Assembly (NCBI GenBank): GCA_965644265.1
Contig: OZ286463.1
Coordinates: 38,688,001 to 38,752,000, forward strand
DNA length: 64,000 nucleotides
Source of the DNA: Glycera tridactyla
Lineage: Eukaryota
Direction of reading: 5' to 3'
In this document: in pieces, positions 43,801-58,500 of the stretch
How positions within the stretch are numbered: the stretch's first letter is position 1
Layout: every line of letters begins with the position of its first letter
Translations under genes and position numbers: made by a program
Notes under the pieces: generated by a model
Seen by the model: the letters and a program-made list of their open reading frames with translations, nothing else
Databases searched by the model: none
Told to the model about the DNA's origin: nothing

Positions 43801-46472
43801 CGTCACAGCCACACTGTCCATCTTGTTTACAGGTCGAGTGATCATCCAGACAGCGGCCACCCGATAAACAGGGTGAATTCAAACGACCCGACGAGGCTGC
43901 AAAATAGAGAGTGAGATCGCCCTGAAGTGCCAGCAGTGACTAGTAGTCAATATGCAGGAGACGACAGATTTCACACGACTAGTTGTGGTTTGTTGTTTGC
44001 TGTCATGAGTGCACTCTAATGCTCGTGGTGTCGATATCCCAATTTCGAATGTCTGATCGTAGGATGATCTTTGGCTCAACGTTTTCGCACTATATTCTCT
44101 CTGAATGAGCTACTTGAGGTTGACACGTATGAGATGGTGCGGCCTATTCTTCAGTTTATGTAGCAATGTTTCTACTCACTGCAGATATCGCCATCTTTGT
44201 TGTACCCCTCCCGACATTGGCAGGTTCCCCTGATACAGAGAGCGTTCTCATCAGAACATGCATCTCCGCCCTCACAGTAGTGGTCCAGCGGTACCTTGGG
44301 CTCTACAAGATAGATAGTACAAGCTGGACAACGCCTCGACAACGCATCAGAAGTAAATATATTCATCCATATACTGGTAGAAATAGCTCAATTCCAAGGG
44401 CATTTCTATGAGGTTAACTACTGATAGGATGAAATAGAAAAAATGGCAGATATCACCCGGACAACTATGACTTATTTTCGAGTAATCGAATTAAATGGGA
44501 CTGACGAGCTATGTAGTGCTATGCTATCGTCAATCGCAAAGATGAATTTCGAGAAATAATATGAGGCTTATTATTCTATTTAAATCAATGACAAAATCCT
44601 GATCGAAGGTCGAGAAAAGCGGTCGGTGGCTGAGGCCTGATTCAACTTACCACACTTTCCATTCTTCAGGAAGTGAGTATCAACACATGTACAGATCTTA
44701 GTGCCGTCACACTCCGAGTTGTGATCTGTACAGACGTCATTTGGCAGGCACGGTGTATTCAAACGTCCTTTGTGCTCTGAAAAAACAAGTTCATGTATTG
44801 GAGGAAGTTGATCGATTCCCAATCACAATTCTTACCCAAAAGAATTGGATGAACATGTAGATATGTGTGATGACGCGTGTAGTGAAGTCAAACAAAGAGA
44901 GCAATCAGAATATGGGAAGTCAAACCAAACACGACGAGTGTCTTTCGTGTGCTCAATTGATTGAAAAAAGGAAATGATTCATTTGTATGGTGGAAGGGGG
45001 GAATGGCGCAATTAGACTACTAACCACAAACATTGTTTTCATCATAATATCTGGCTGTGCACAAACACTGGCCTCCTATACATGCTGCATTTTTGTCTTC
45101 ACAGATGTCTTCCTCTCCGCATGGATAATACAAGGGGATGTACGGCTCTGAAACAGTAAATATCATACACATCATATCAGCTGCTGCAGCATCCAGTAAT
45201 CAAAACTGATACACATATGTCCTTGTTTGAAGAAAACAGATAATACATCCCCTATGGTCGCCCAGAAGTGCACATCAATATTGGCATATCTTTCCGACTC
45301 CTGCATTCTGAACAGATTACCTAACATCCTCCGCCTGAGGAAGCATTCGAGATTACTTCTATGCATCTTTTTCAATCCAGTTTGATCTGAGGTACTTCAA
45401 TTTTCATCACAATCTATGACAAATATACATATGGTCATTCGATACTCATACACTCTCCCTCCCGTCTCCTCTCTCTTTTCTCTCTCCCTCTCTCCCTTAC
45501 TCCCTTACTCCCTCTCCCTCTCTCTCTCCCTATCTCTCTCTCCCTCCCTCTAATACACACAAACACATACATATTCTAATACTTACTACATAATGAGTTA
45601 TCTTGCATAATGAAATCTTTCTCGCATCGGCAGTAGCCCTGGTTACACTCGGAATTTGCATCCAGGCACCGGTTGCCAGGGAGACAAGGTGCAGTCAACG
45701 TACCGCGAGGTTCTGGCAAATAATGTACATAGAACTCCTTCATTCACTCGTATGGAATCATGCCAAAGGGGCAGAGGCAGTGAGTAAAAGCACGCTCACT
45801 GTAGATCACAAATCAAAATTATAGATTCACATGCTTTTCAATTTCTTCAAACTTTCCACAAAACCAACGTTGTCATGCATTGAGAACCGATATATGTTTG
45901 AAGAAGTGAAGCAGAATTGATTTCGACTCGGATTGGACATATCTTGAACAGAGAGTCACAGTTTGTGACTTGAATCGACTACTACGAATGGATCATTCTA
46001 TCATTTGAGAGGGAAGAGCGACATTCTATATCCTCAAAACAATATCCCCATACCAATCAGCATGGATGTCAATGACACGGAAGCAAGTAATATACCAAGA
46101 GTATATCTCGATATTTGTCTCGATGCTGGATTTGACGCTGACTGAAGGTGATTGATTGAAGAATCTGGAGTCATCACTGCATGTAGTGGATCTCATATAC
46201 ATTTATACTCACTACACTGTCGTCCAGCCTCGAAGAACTCGCCCCGACACTGGCAGTAACCATCAGTACACTCAGCGTTCGAGTCCTCACATATATCGTC
46301 CGGTCCACACGAATTCCGCAGAGGAATCTTTGAGCCTTCAATAGTAGCAGTTGTATGAATTAGGAAAGAGGGGAAAGTCATCATATATAGAACTATGACA
46401 ACTACAACCACTAGTATCACCATCACCACTACCACCACCATGATCATCATCAGCATCATCATCAACAACAAG

Positions 46473-46506
<34 letters not shown>

Positions 46507-49500
46507 GCATGATAACAGACAGACATACACATGGCTCTACTCACGGCACGTCCTTGCTCGCTCATAGTATTCCTCTTCACACTTGCAGATATCACGTGCG
46601 ACGTTACACTCAGTGCGAGCTTGTGAGCACGTCTGATCTGGTAGACACGGCACGCCCAGCAAACCACGCGGCTCTGAAACCAAAACCTCATCTTGCAGGA
46701 CAGCATATTCGAGGCCATTAGGCAGGGGTTAATAATATGTGGCAATAGACATAATACTCCATTGTGATGCTAGGTGTATGTTCATGGTAATATCCAAGTA
46801 GCACTGTCGGTAAATGTAGATATGTTTCAACAGTGAAACCGAACAGTGAGTCACGTTCAGATTCTCAGAACAATCCATCAGGTGATGGAAAGTTGCCTAC
46901 CTCAAGATGGTGTTCAGCACCAGACTTGCGTCGTTCCGGATTTGGATCATGTTCACTACTTGTGCCAGAGATATAGATACCATGACAGATGTGGGGGTAA
47001 TACACTTCACACCATTCCACGCCAATCATGATATAGGTATATAGTGGCGCATGATTTCCTATAGCAAAATTGTACGAATGGAACCCAACCTACCCAGCTC
47101 AGTTATGGTTAGGAACTGTATATTCTCGAGATGTCCTGGGGCATGACTAATCTGGCCAATTGATTGGAGACACAAGGCCATGAACGGATACATAGGCTGA
47201 AGTGCGAGAACACAAACGCAGACTAGGATGCGCGCACTCATACACATACACTGGTTGACCTACCACATTTGCCGTCCTTCCTGTAGAAGTCAGGTTTACA
47301 CAGACATCTCCCTGATTGACACTCGGCATTAGCGCCCTCACACTTTCCACCATTAGCACAGTTCTCATCTAGCGACACCAGAGGAACTGAAATACCAACC
47401 AATCATTGAGTGTAATCTGAAAGGGATCAGCAATGATTAACATATTACAGATACAGCTTCGTGGGGGGTCGTCCTTTTGTTCGGCCGGATTCAGATTTGT
47501 GAAAAACCCTGATAGCTCACCTCAATCAGAGTGATCGCATGAGGGCCTGTTTTAGCAGGACTTTGACTGCCTGGTAGCATCCACTAGCCACGCGCTAAGA
47601 TTAGACAAGCACCAAGTGATGCCATGCTCTTAATACGTCAAATACTTGGCAGAATTGCGGTCTACAATACATATAGTATGGATAAAATATGGATTTCTGT
47701 CACCCTTCTAGAACCTAGTGAAACAACCATCTAGGAGTGTTCTGCTCTGCTCTGCTAGCATACACATGAATCCATCATGCTGATCGATGGCATTCAATAT
47801 GTTACGAAATGATGCACATATTGAGATAGAAGTATATAAATCAAGAGGAACCATACCACATTTGCCTTGATGGGCAACATATCCTGCGACACATTGACAT
47901 TTGCCAGACTGACATCTTGCGTTAAGGTCCTCACACTCGTCGCGAAATGTGCAAGAGTCATCTAGCGGAATTAACGTAACTACAACAGATGAAATGGCAG
48001 TACTCACGATCCAGGCTGGCACGATTCAGGTTCAGCTGTTTCGCGTCGGAGCTTCACTGTATTGATTACCGATTATCAGGATTGTTCAGCTCATTTTATT
48101 CCGAAATCGATGTGGGCTGTCAGATGTGAATTGGTTTATCGCCCGATTCACTGGAATACATTTCGTCGTAATGAACACTCATCATCGGCCCCGGCCTATT
48201 TATATCATGAATCATAGAGGAGCTGTCAGAGATTGAGTTATATGAGAATGAACTTATTTTTTTTTTCTTTACAGGGGATGGATAACCGGTAAGACCGTTT
48301 GAATCATTATTTGCCGACAGCCAAATGCAGGTATGTAACCATTGTTAATTCAGATCAAGGTATATTTTGAATACATGTGGGTGAAGAATAGCATCTGTCG
48401 CGAGTTACTACTGACTGACCTTTTACGTCGAATGTGTTTAATATAATATATTGCTTCAATATGATTCTGAAAAACGGCACTATTTGTACCAAAGCGAAGG
48501 AATGGGGGTATAGGGGCTCCTTATGCTTAATGGTGGTGGTGGGAGTGGTGAGTGGATGGTGGTGGTCTAGTGGTGGCGGCGACGGTTATTGCTGCTGGTG
48601 GTGATGGTGGTGATGGTGGTGGTGGTGGTGGTGGTGGTATTGGTGAGTGGTGGTATAGGGTACAGTTCAGGGTGGTGTGGACCTGTTACGTCGGTATGTG
48701 GGTGGTGGGTGGAGGTTTTCGATGGTAATGATGGAGATAGTTGTAGCCATAGTAACTTACTGCAGTCATTGTTACGTTCGACATATTCTGGTTGACACAC
48801 GCACGTTCCTGCTCGACACTCGTGCTTGGCATCGATACAGTCGGAGGACGTACGACATTTGTCGTGGAGTCCAGACGGACGAACTGTCAACACACCAGTA
48901 AAACACTCGCTTGAAAGCTGGAAGAACACCCTAGCTTAAGTCCGTTAGAGTGAGCATATAATTATTTCTCTTGGAGAGTAACAATATCCTTTTCTGGGCC
49001 CTTTCAACTACAATCCGAATAAGGAGCAGATACATGGACTGTGGTGGTGTTACATGAGTACAGACGAAGCTGCTCGAGAGACCATCTCTCTATAGAGGCC
49101 ACCTGCCTATAAAGGCCACTCTGCGTTGTGACCGTTGTAGTATTTTCAACAGTAAATGAAGGCCAACTGCCTATAAAAGCTACTTTCTGATGCTATTGAA
49201 GGTGGCCTTCATAGACAGGTCAGACTGTTTTCAAAGTGCGTGCCATATCGTGAAACTGAGGACAATTCTGGTACATCAGGTCCTACATTTAAGATACATT
49301 TGTATCTAAAATAGTGAGTTAATCTCAGGATTGATATTTGGTCACTGGAAGTACATTTTTATCTTAGATACATTAATCCACTCACCACATTTTCCTGATT
49401 GTTCCACCCAGCCCGGCTTACAGAGACACACTCTTCGATCACATTGTGCATTGGAATCTTCACAGATATCGGAAGGCCCACATACTTCATTCAATGGAAT

Positions 49501-52500
49501 CAAGGCAACTGAAAGACATTCAGAAATTACAACCGATTTCAATCTTGCATGATAAATACACAGTTCAGGAATATTCAGTGGAATATTGGACTCGTCTGTA
49601 AGTGAAAACGTGCTTGTATAGCAACCGATATCTATCAGAAGCTTGTCGGCTCCGGTGATTATATTTCTCGGCAGAGCTATCCTCTGACATATGAGGCACA
49701 AATTGAGGAGCTATTTCAGCAGAGGGGGCTCGGTGATCTTTACTCCAGGCGGAAGATGTGGTAAATGAACTTGAAATATCAAAAATGCACATCACGGCGC
49801 ATAGCCAGGTATTGATTTACATATGAGCCCGAGTACGACTAAGGTAGAAGGTTACTCAGGATCTGCTCGGATGCGCCTTTTCCCGATCTTCTACTCACCG
49901 CACTTGCCCAGGTCTTCGACGAATCCTTGCCGACAGAGACATACACCTCGATCACACTGTGAGTTGGGATCCTCACAGAGATCGTCCACACCACATCTCT
50001 CATTCAACGGAACCAGCGAGACTACAAGATGAAAGATGTACAAATGTACACACAATATTACTACTGTACGACACAAGTTGGGATTTATACAGCGATTTCG
50101 CATAGGATAAAGTCTGATTGAAATGCTGGTGTAAATCGGAATGCCCAATATATAGCAAGTTTATCCTTTCAAAGGCACTCAATTCCCTCAAATATCACAC
50201 AAGTTGAATACATCATATTCGATAGTATGACGAGTATGTCATGCATTATGTACTTATATTGAAAGCACGATTATTTGTTTATAGAAATGCCGAATAACTG
50301 CTCTTCTGGGTCACAATGAATACATCTTGTCAAGTACATTGGTCGCAGGCAGTCATAACTCGTTCTCAGACAAAAGGTGACCTCTGTAAATGATACACAG
50401 GATGGAATACTGAAAGTCATAGATGGGCGAAATGTAGTAAAGCTGCTGCCGTCGATTTTTGTTTTCTGTGGAGACCGGGGGCATTTCACTAGCAGGGGAG
50501 GATATACAAACAATGTCATAAGTGTTTGGAAAAAACACGGTAATTAAGTATTTAAACACAGGTAGTGTACATGCAATATTCGTGTGGTTGATTGATGGCA
50601 GGAATTTGATATCATTCACTCGACAAATCTTATTGATAACATGGATTTCTTTCTGATTGTATCTTATCGGGCGTGCTACTGTAACAGACAGAACATCGCG
50701 TATGTACCACATTTCACTCACCACATCTGCCCTCATTCTCTAGGAAGCCGGGTTGACAGAGACAGGTGCGACGATCACAGTGTGCGTTCGGGTCCTCACA
50801 TATGTCATCATGGGCACAGCGCTCGTTGAGAGGCACCAGACGCACTTCAAACAAAGAGGAGAAAACAATACGTACACATACAGTCGAGGTTGATATTGAC
50901 GGAATGTGGAGTGGGGAGAAGTGCGCAGCCTTACAGTGGCCATGTGGTGTCAGATAGATGACCTGCTGATATATATTGAGTGGATGACTTTGATTTTCGA
51001 GTGGCAAGATGACGTTGACCTCTGAGTCCGTGATAGTTTACACTGATTTTCTAGAACTGTCTCACTATGTATCAATCCAACATTTTGTGTGTCACTGGTA
51101 TATGAAAGCTGGGTGATCTGTTTCCTGCAGACTTCACTCTCACGAACCATGAAAGCGTAATGTTGTCAAATAAATGTAACTGATGAACCTATAGATGATA
51201 TATTTGCATTGAGAACGGAATGCGCTGGAAGACATTATAATGGTGTTATCATCATAACATGGGCTTGATCACCTGGCCACGAGAGATTGTATGAGCTAAG
51301 TCACCCAGCGAGTGAAGTACAACACTGAGGCAAGAAAATAAGCGTGTGTGTGAGCGTGCATGCTGCACGTACCACATTTGTCACGGTCCATATTTTCCAC
51401 GTAGCCCGGTTGACACAGACACAGTCGTCTATCACAGTGGGCGTTAGTATCTTCGCAAACATCGGCTGAACCACACACCTCATTCAGCGGAATTAATGGG
51501 ACTATGAATACAATCAAGTTATCGATGAGACAATTAGGATTGTAAGAGGCCCGATTCTGTACAAGACCAATGAGCAGTNNNNNNNNNNNNNNNNNNNNNN
51601 NNNNNNNNNNNNNNNNNNNNNNNNNNNNNNNNNNNNNNNNNNNNNNNNNNNNNNNNNNNNNNNNNNNNNNNNNNNNNNNNNNNNNNNNNNNNNNNNNNNN
51701 NNNNNNNNNNNNNNNNNNNNNNNNNNNNNNNNNNNNNNNNNNNNNNNNNNNNNNNNNNNNNNNNNNNNNNNNNNNNNNNNNNNNNNNNNNNNNNNNNNNN
51801 NNNNNNNNNNNNNNNNNNNNNNNNNNNNNNNNNNNNNNNNNNNNNNNNNNNNNNNNNNNNNNNNNNNNNNNNNNNNNNNNNNNNNNNNNNNNNNNNNNNN
51901 NNTCCATCCATATGTTCTCCCATCCATCCATTCATTCATCCAACCATCACCCATCCATCCATCCATCCCTCCATCTAATAATCCATCTATTTATCTTTAT
52001 CACCCACGTATGTCCATTGTGAGGATCCTTTTCATTCTTTCCCGCGTTATTAACCGGATTTGTCTTCATATTTAAGAACAGGAAAGCCTAATAAGCACGA
52101 TGTTTCTAATTGTTTATGAACAGAATATTAGATAGAAGTAGGAGAGTTGTGATTCTGAGGAAATGTGGTAGGTGCTATGATTGATGGCGAGCTATAAAGC
52201 ATGTGTACGCACCACATTTGTGGAGGTCCATATTTTCCACGTAGCCTGGTTGACACAGACACAATCTCCTATCACACTGAGCGTTTGTATCTTCACACAC
52301 ATCGGTTGGACCACAGACCTCATTCAGCGGAATTAATGGCACTGAAAATATTATGGAGTTGAGACAAATCAATTGCCACAGAGCTGACGAAATCACAGTG
52401 GTATGATAAAGAGTGTATTCCCTCGAAAATTCACTTCTACGATGTTTATGACGAAATTTTCCCCAGTCATGAGGAAAAACAAAAGGATGAGATTATCTAT

Positions 52501-55500
52501 TGAAATTTGTATGCCTTCAATATTCCGAATCCTATGGTGTGAACGCATAATATTATGTTGGTGTTCACAATTATTTCTGTCCAATAATTTACATGATCCA
52601 ACCAAGTTCCACCTGGCATCACAATGAAAAACACCTGAATGAGTGTGAGAATGAATTTCAGTCAATTCATTTTATAATACACTAATCCACAGCTTACAGC
52701 CAACTTCAAGCAACTATGTTGGGGTGCACTGGGTAATCATATGTGGCAATGATGAGGCTGAATACACTCATCAAAGGCAAAAGCAATAAAATACATGCAT
52801 GCAGCATAGATACAATCTGAAGAGCGAGAGCAGCAGAGAGTATCGGTGTGAACTGACCAAAGCTGGTTGCATTAGGCGTACGCTCTCAGCTGCCATGCAG
52901 TGTCTCCATGGGAAAACTAAAGTGATTCGATTCATGACTGATGGAGAAGTTGATATCATATACAAAAAATATAGATGTGTATGTATATGTAAACATGGGA
53001 ATGGAGGTGTTGGGTATACTAAGTAAGATAAGTATTGAAGCAAGAGGTAATGGGGATATGTAGGTCAGAGCATTAAATACAACACAGGCACAATAGGATG
53101 CACCCCGATATATGGGTAGATTAATGCTGTGAGCATAACTCTGCACAATAATAAGCGAGTGCAGCACCAGAGATGCGATCAATTTGCAGTTTGCTTGATA
53201 ATAAACTATTCCAGGATGAACATGCTCTGGTGTTCTAATCCACACGAGAAGAGTGTGTTGGTAACAACGTGTATGTTTGGATGCTTGTCTATAAGCAGGT
53301 GAAAGGCAATAGATTTTGTTGCAGGCAGATGGATGCACATTCCTATTAAGACGCTGCATACCACATTTGTTGAGATCTTCGTTTTCAACGAAACCCGGCT
53401 TACAGAGACAAAAGCGCCTATCACAGAGGGCGTTGGTGTCCTCACAGATATCACTGGGGCCACACACCTCGTTTAGTGGGATTAACGGCACTAGAAAAGG
53501 AATCCAACTCACATGAAATGGCTTTGATTCACTCACCACCCGAATTTTACCACCAATCATATCCCTGTTTCTGTCGGCAGGCTCATTAGATTATTACTCC
53601 ATAGTCAATATTATTCTCCTCATATGAGGCCTTTCATGCACTCTCTACCCAGGTGAGAAGAGGCACAACTAGTCATGGCATGGTATAACCGTAAGAAAGG
53701 TGGCAGGATAGCTAGCCTGTATGAAGTGAACATATAGCTACACCAATTAAGGACTACAAGACAGCCCCCCAGTACTCAGTTCAAAACAATGGTTTAGGTC
53801 AACAGTGTATTATTGCAAATGACCCCAAATTAGCCAAAGGAGTACCCCACTTCTACATACACGCAGCAAACAAACATAAGAGCACGGGCTTAATAATTCA
53901 ATCCCAGTTAGAGAGTCACGCCTTATCAATACCGAACCTTTCACCATAATCTCCACTTACCACAGACGCCATTGTTGTCAGTGAATCCTGGTTTACAGAG
54001 ACACGTCCTACGGTCACAGTGTGCATTGCCATCCTCACACACATCGTTAGGACCGCAGTACTCATTCAGTGGCACAAGCGGCACTGAAACATAATACGGG
54101 ATGCTGAGGTGCTATGTGGTTGAATGCAGTGATATCACGTTTAAAGAACCCACAGCATTACCATCAATACTAGAATACGATAGGCAAACAAAATTGCACG
54201 AACCAGTACATGACATCATCTGTGAAGAGAGAGTTTCAAGGTACAGAACAGTCCAGGGTAGAATAAACAGTACATGGGAGACAACAAATTGTGGGTAGGA
54301 GTAGCCAAGGGACAATAGTGTGTCGAGTCCGATGATGTGAGAGTGGTCCACGGTCTCAACTATCAACCAGGTTGTGTCCAAGGTCGACCTGAGGCATTGT
54401 CTCGTCTCGCCCACTGCGGCCCAGGTCCGATTGCCGAGACAGAGCACAACAGCAACACGCCTAGGCTTCCATAATTTGCTGAGACGCACGGTCCTCACCC
54501 TCACCCTTTCCCGAACCCCCATGCAGGACAGTGGGACTTCTAATGGCTGGTACATTCTCACCACATCTGCCGTTGTTCTCGGTGAATCCCTGTCTACACA
54601 GACACAGTCGGCGATCACACTCGGCGTTAGCGTCCTCACACACGTCACTCGGTCCACACACCTCATTAAGTGGTATCAATGGCACTACAAACATCCGTAT
54701 TGAGACAATCTTTACTCACAGTTTCTTCTGAGGTATATGCAATTCTACCAAAAAATCCAATCGCATGTTTTGAGACGTCATCTATTATTTCCGTTTTGCT
54801 CACACCATCTGCCCCAGTAAGCTTTGAGTATGGGACGTGCATATGACAGGATGATACAGAGGGTGTTCACCAAACATGAGAGACCGAATTCATGAAACCT
54901 ATCGACATCAATACACAACAATATTTCGCGATGACTGCCCCTCTCGCTCAGCTGAAAGACTTCTGAAAGCTTTATAGCATATGCACAGGTCCTTGTTGGC
55001 TCTTATCCCCCTCCATACAATAATATCTCGTGGAGCTGTTTCATTACAAACGATTTTTTAAGGATGAATGAATGAATAAGTCCATACCACAATGATAACT
55101 CATCACTAAGTTTGTAGTGGGCTTCGTCAAAATATAAACGTAGTGATGGATGTGATGGTACTGCTAGATCTGTTGCCTGGAAATATTGCCTGGAGATATT
55201 GAGAGTAGATACGAAATCCACGAGTACGACCCTCCAAGTGTAAACCAGCAAGACGCTATCACAATAATTTCAACTGTAGTAGAATCCAGTCATTTCTAGG
55301 GTGCATACCCGCCCATCATACCCCAGGTCATCTTCCCCACTCGTATGTATAAGAAGCAGACCTTTCGGACAGGGAATTTTGGAAACTCCCTGGGACGCAA
55401 GTTCTCAGTCAGTAGATGCAAAACAGTCGAAACAGTCATGTGTCATAGAGAAGATTATTTTACCACAGACTCCCGTTTGTTCGACGAAGCCCGGTTTACA

Positions 55501-58500
55501 GAGACAGACTCGCCGGTCACACTCCGCGTTGTCATCCTCACACACGTCATTTGTACCACACACCTCGTTCAGCGGCACCTTCGGAACTAGAAAAAGTAGA
55601 AAAGAATGTATTACTACTAGCGATACCTCTTCACGATTTTACTGCGTTCGGGGGGGGGGGGCGTACGATGGGAAGGCAACATTTTAGTTAAAAGATGTTA
55701 GATTTCGTACCCACATAGATGGGCAAGATAAAATGTATGCAGTTCCTGGATTTCTCACTGTGATATGTTAACCAACTAGAACAAATCATTCGATAAATGC
55801 ATTAGTTATGAGCATACTCAACCACTGCTGTTATATCTTCTGACTAATTCTTTATCTCTACCTTTTCATCACTCACGCAGCTCGATGATTGACTGCTGCA
55901 TTTGCTGTAGACATTCATTCTGCATCCGTATTCAGCGGTGGGTCAGAGATTAACTCGCACTGTCTGCAGAATGTGTTGTCAGTAACTGCTTTCATTTACC
56001 TTAATTCATCATGCAATCGTTCGATCATATTTACCTTTGTTTATCATTTCGCATCTTACACTGTATCTCCTCTATTTAAACGGTCTGGTCCAGATAGGGA
56101 TTCAATTAAATTCAGCCCAATTCATAATATTTAATGGCCTCGAGTGTCAGTAAGTGTGGGTATTGTTGAGAGTGTGTTCTTCAGTTGAGGGGAGTGTCAT
56201 TGTGGGTGATGACGGTGGTGTCGGTGGTGGCATTGGTGGTGACGGTTACGTTGGAGGTGTATGTTGCCGAGGAGGGTATCACTCACCACAGATGCGGTTC
56301 TTCTCGAAGTGTGAATCAATACAGAGACACGTGCCGGCCTGACAGCTGGCGTATGGATCCTCACATTTATCCACAGATCCGCACCGATCATTGAGTGGGA
56401 TAGAGCCAACTGGAAACAGAGAAATCAGACATGGCTACAGGTACACCAGGATGAAATTGTATGATATAAAATAGAGAAGTCTCATTTGCGACATCAAAAT
56501 GGGAGTCTAAGTTCAATGATGGAAACTATGATATTGAATTGAGAGAAACAACCATGGAGAATAGAGGCAGTGAACAGGCATCAGTCGTGACTGGCAATGA
56601 TAATTCTAAAGAATGTTCCCCTTCATGAGATACGTGAACGGAATATTCCCAATGATCCCCTTTTTACGCTCTTTGAATCTGCACACAATAAACACATGAA
56701 TCGATAACTAGAATCAATCCAACCACCGAACATCCAAAGTAAATGAAACATATGCAAGCCATCACGTTCACACATATGAAACAACCCTCATAATTTACAA
56801 TGTAGGCGCTAGGTGCGTAATTCTGTGCTGACCTTCATTTGTGTCAGCCAGCAACCTATCTTGTGTGGGGCCATTTTATAGGGTGAAATGAATTAGCTTG
56901 AAGAGTGTTGTAGTCTGCTCCAGCATACTTACCACACTGGTCCTGTCTCTGGTAGAACTGGGGCAGACACTGGCAGGTGCCCGACTGACACTCGGCATTC
57001 ATTGTCTCACACTCGTCCCCACGATCACACGAGTACGTCAACGGAACCTTCGGCTCTACGACAGCACAACATACAAACACCACTCACAGATCCCTCGCAA
57101 CACATGTGACACCACGCTCCCAGCCATATACAAACTCGTGATACCCTTCGCGTAATTTCATTACAATTAAATTACCAGTTAACTTTTTACAGCCTTGATT
57201 CTCATTTCCATACGACGAATATATGTAAAGGTATAATACCCGCATGGTGATTCAACGGGGATGCAATTGAATTTCGAGAGGCGTTCATCATCTAAAAGTA
57301 TCACTTTTGTTTCCTCCCATTAGTATCATGTTTCAAGTTAGTTATTAGGAATATATGATAGCGCAGTGCTATTACGACTATACATAACAATCACCACACC
57401 CTTTCAAACCACACTGGGTATCGATCAGAGGATATCGATCAGGAAACGTCTATGGCTGTGATGATGATGGGTTCATCGAGAGGTCACAAGTTTTTCTGCA
57501 GATCATCATTTTGATTTCCTTGATCAACTTGATGGAGCAAATCAGGTCAACGTTTGAATTATTGGTTGTTCGAAATCAATCACAAATACAGTGATAGAAG
57601 TGCATACCTAATCGATGTTCAACTGTTTAATGTCTCGTGGGCACCAGCTGAGCCCCATTGAGGTGCCCGCGAAGGTGAAGTAATGTGTTATGAATGTGCC
57701 ATGACTATGAATTCAAACATGTTGGACAGGCAAATCTTGCTTCTATAGAATGAGTTTGCTTTCAGCCCGGATCTGTATGCCTGTTGGTATTGTGATGTAA
57801 GATATACTCACCACATCTATTGTTTTTCTCGAAGTGGGTGTCTGGACAGAGGCAAGTGCCACCACGGCATTCCCCGAGTGGATCCTGACACACGTCATCT
57901 GAGCCGCATGCACGATTCAATGGAATCTTGGATTCTGAAAGTAAATCCAAACTGATTTAAATCATAGTAGGACTCTGGCCAAAATGTGTCAATCCTCAAG
58001 ACAATAGTCAGTCGAGAGTGCCTGAGGGTATATGATACATGAAAGACCAGAAATAAAACCACAGGCTGATGATAGAAGGGTATCAGGACGACCGACCGAC
58101 TCGCCAACCGACCGCCGCTTTTCGCTGGTCAACCGACCGACCCTATTAACCAGCTGTTAACAGGCGCTCGGAGAAGATCGGCGGCGGACCTGTCAACTTT
58201 GATGCAGGATATTTCAGCAACCGCATGACATACAACGAAGGCGAACATGGGCCTGTAAAGAACACAACTGGATGATTCTCCGAGCTGAGTTTCATTATCT
58301 TTCAATGGGTTTATCACCTCCAAATACGAGTGCAAAGTTGAGATTTTACGGCAAACTTTCGCCATTGGCATTGCGAATCATGGCCTGCGATCTCCCGGTG
58401 ATGGGTTCCCACACAGAACGCCGCCGTTTGCCATATTTATTACACAAAATGTGTGCAAACGATCGTTTTCTGACATGTCATGATGGTTACTAGTGAAAGT

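Noticed and set aside
45172-45375. Mariner transposase fragment (FWATIGDVLSVFF..)
   Set aside because: Resemblance too vague; no DD34D motifs; needs a BLASTX test.
54340-54530. GC-rich stretch extending ORF 54112-54666 as extra coding sequence
   Set aside because: Lies beyond the M10 donor and has no domain signature; likely a repeat fragment.
55870-55975. Partial pseudo-exon (CCG CTG AAT ... TGC|gtgagt)
   Set aside because: About half the expected length, with no Cys pattern.
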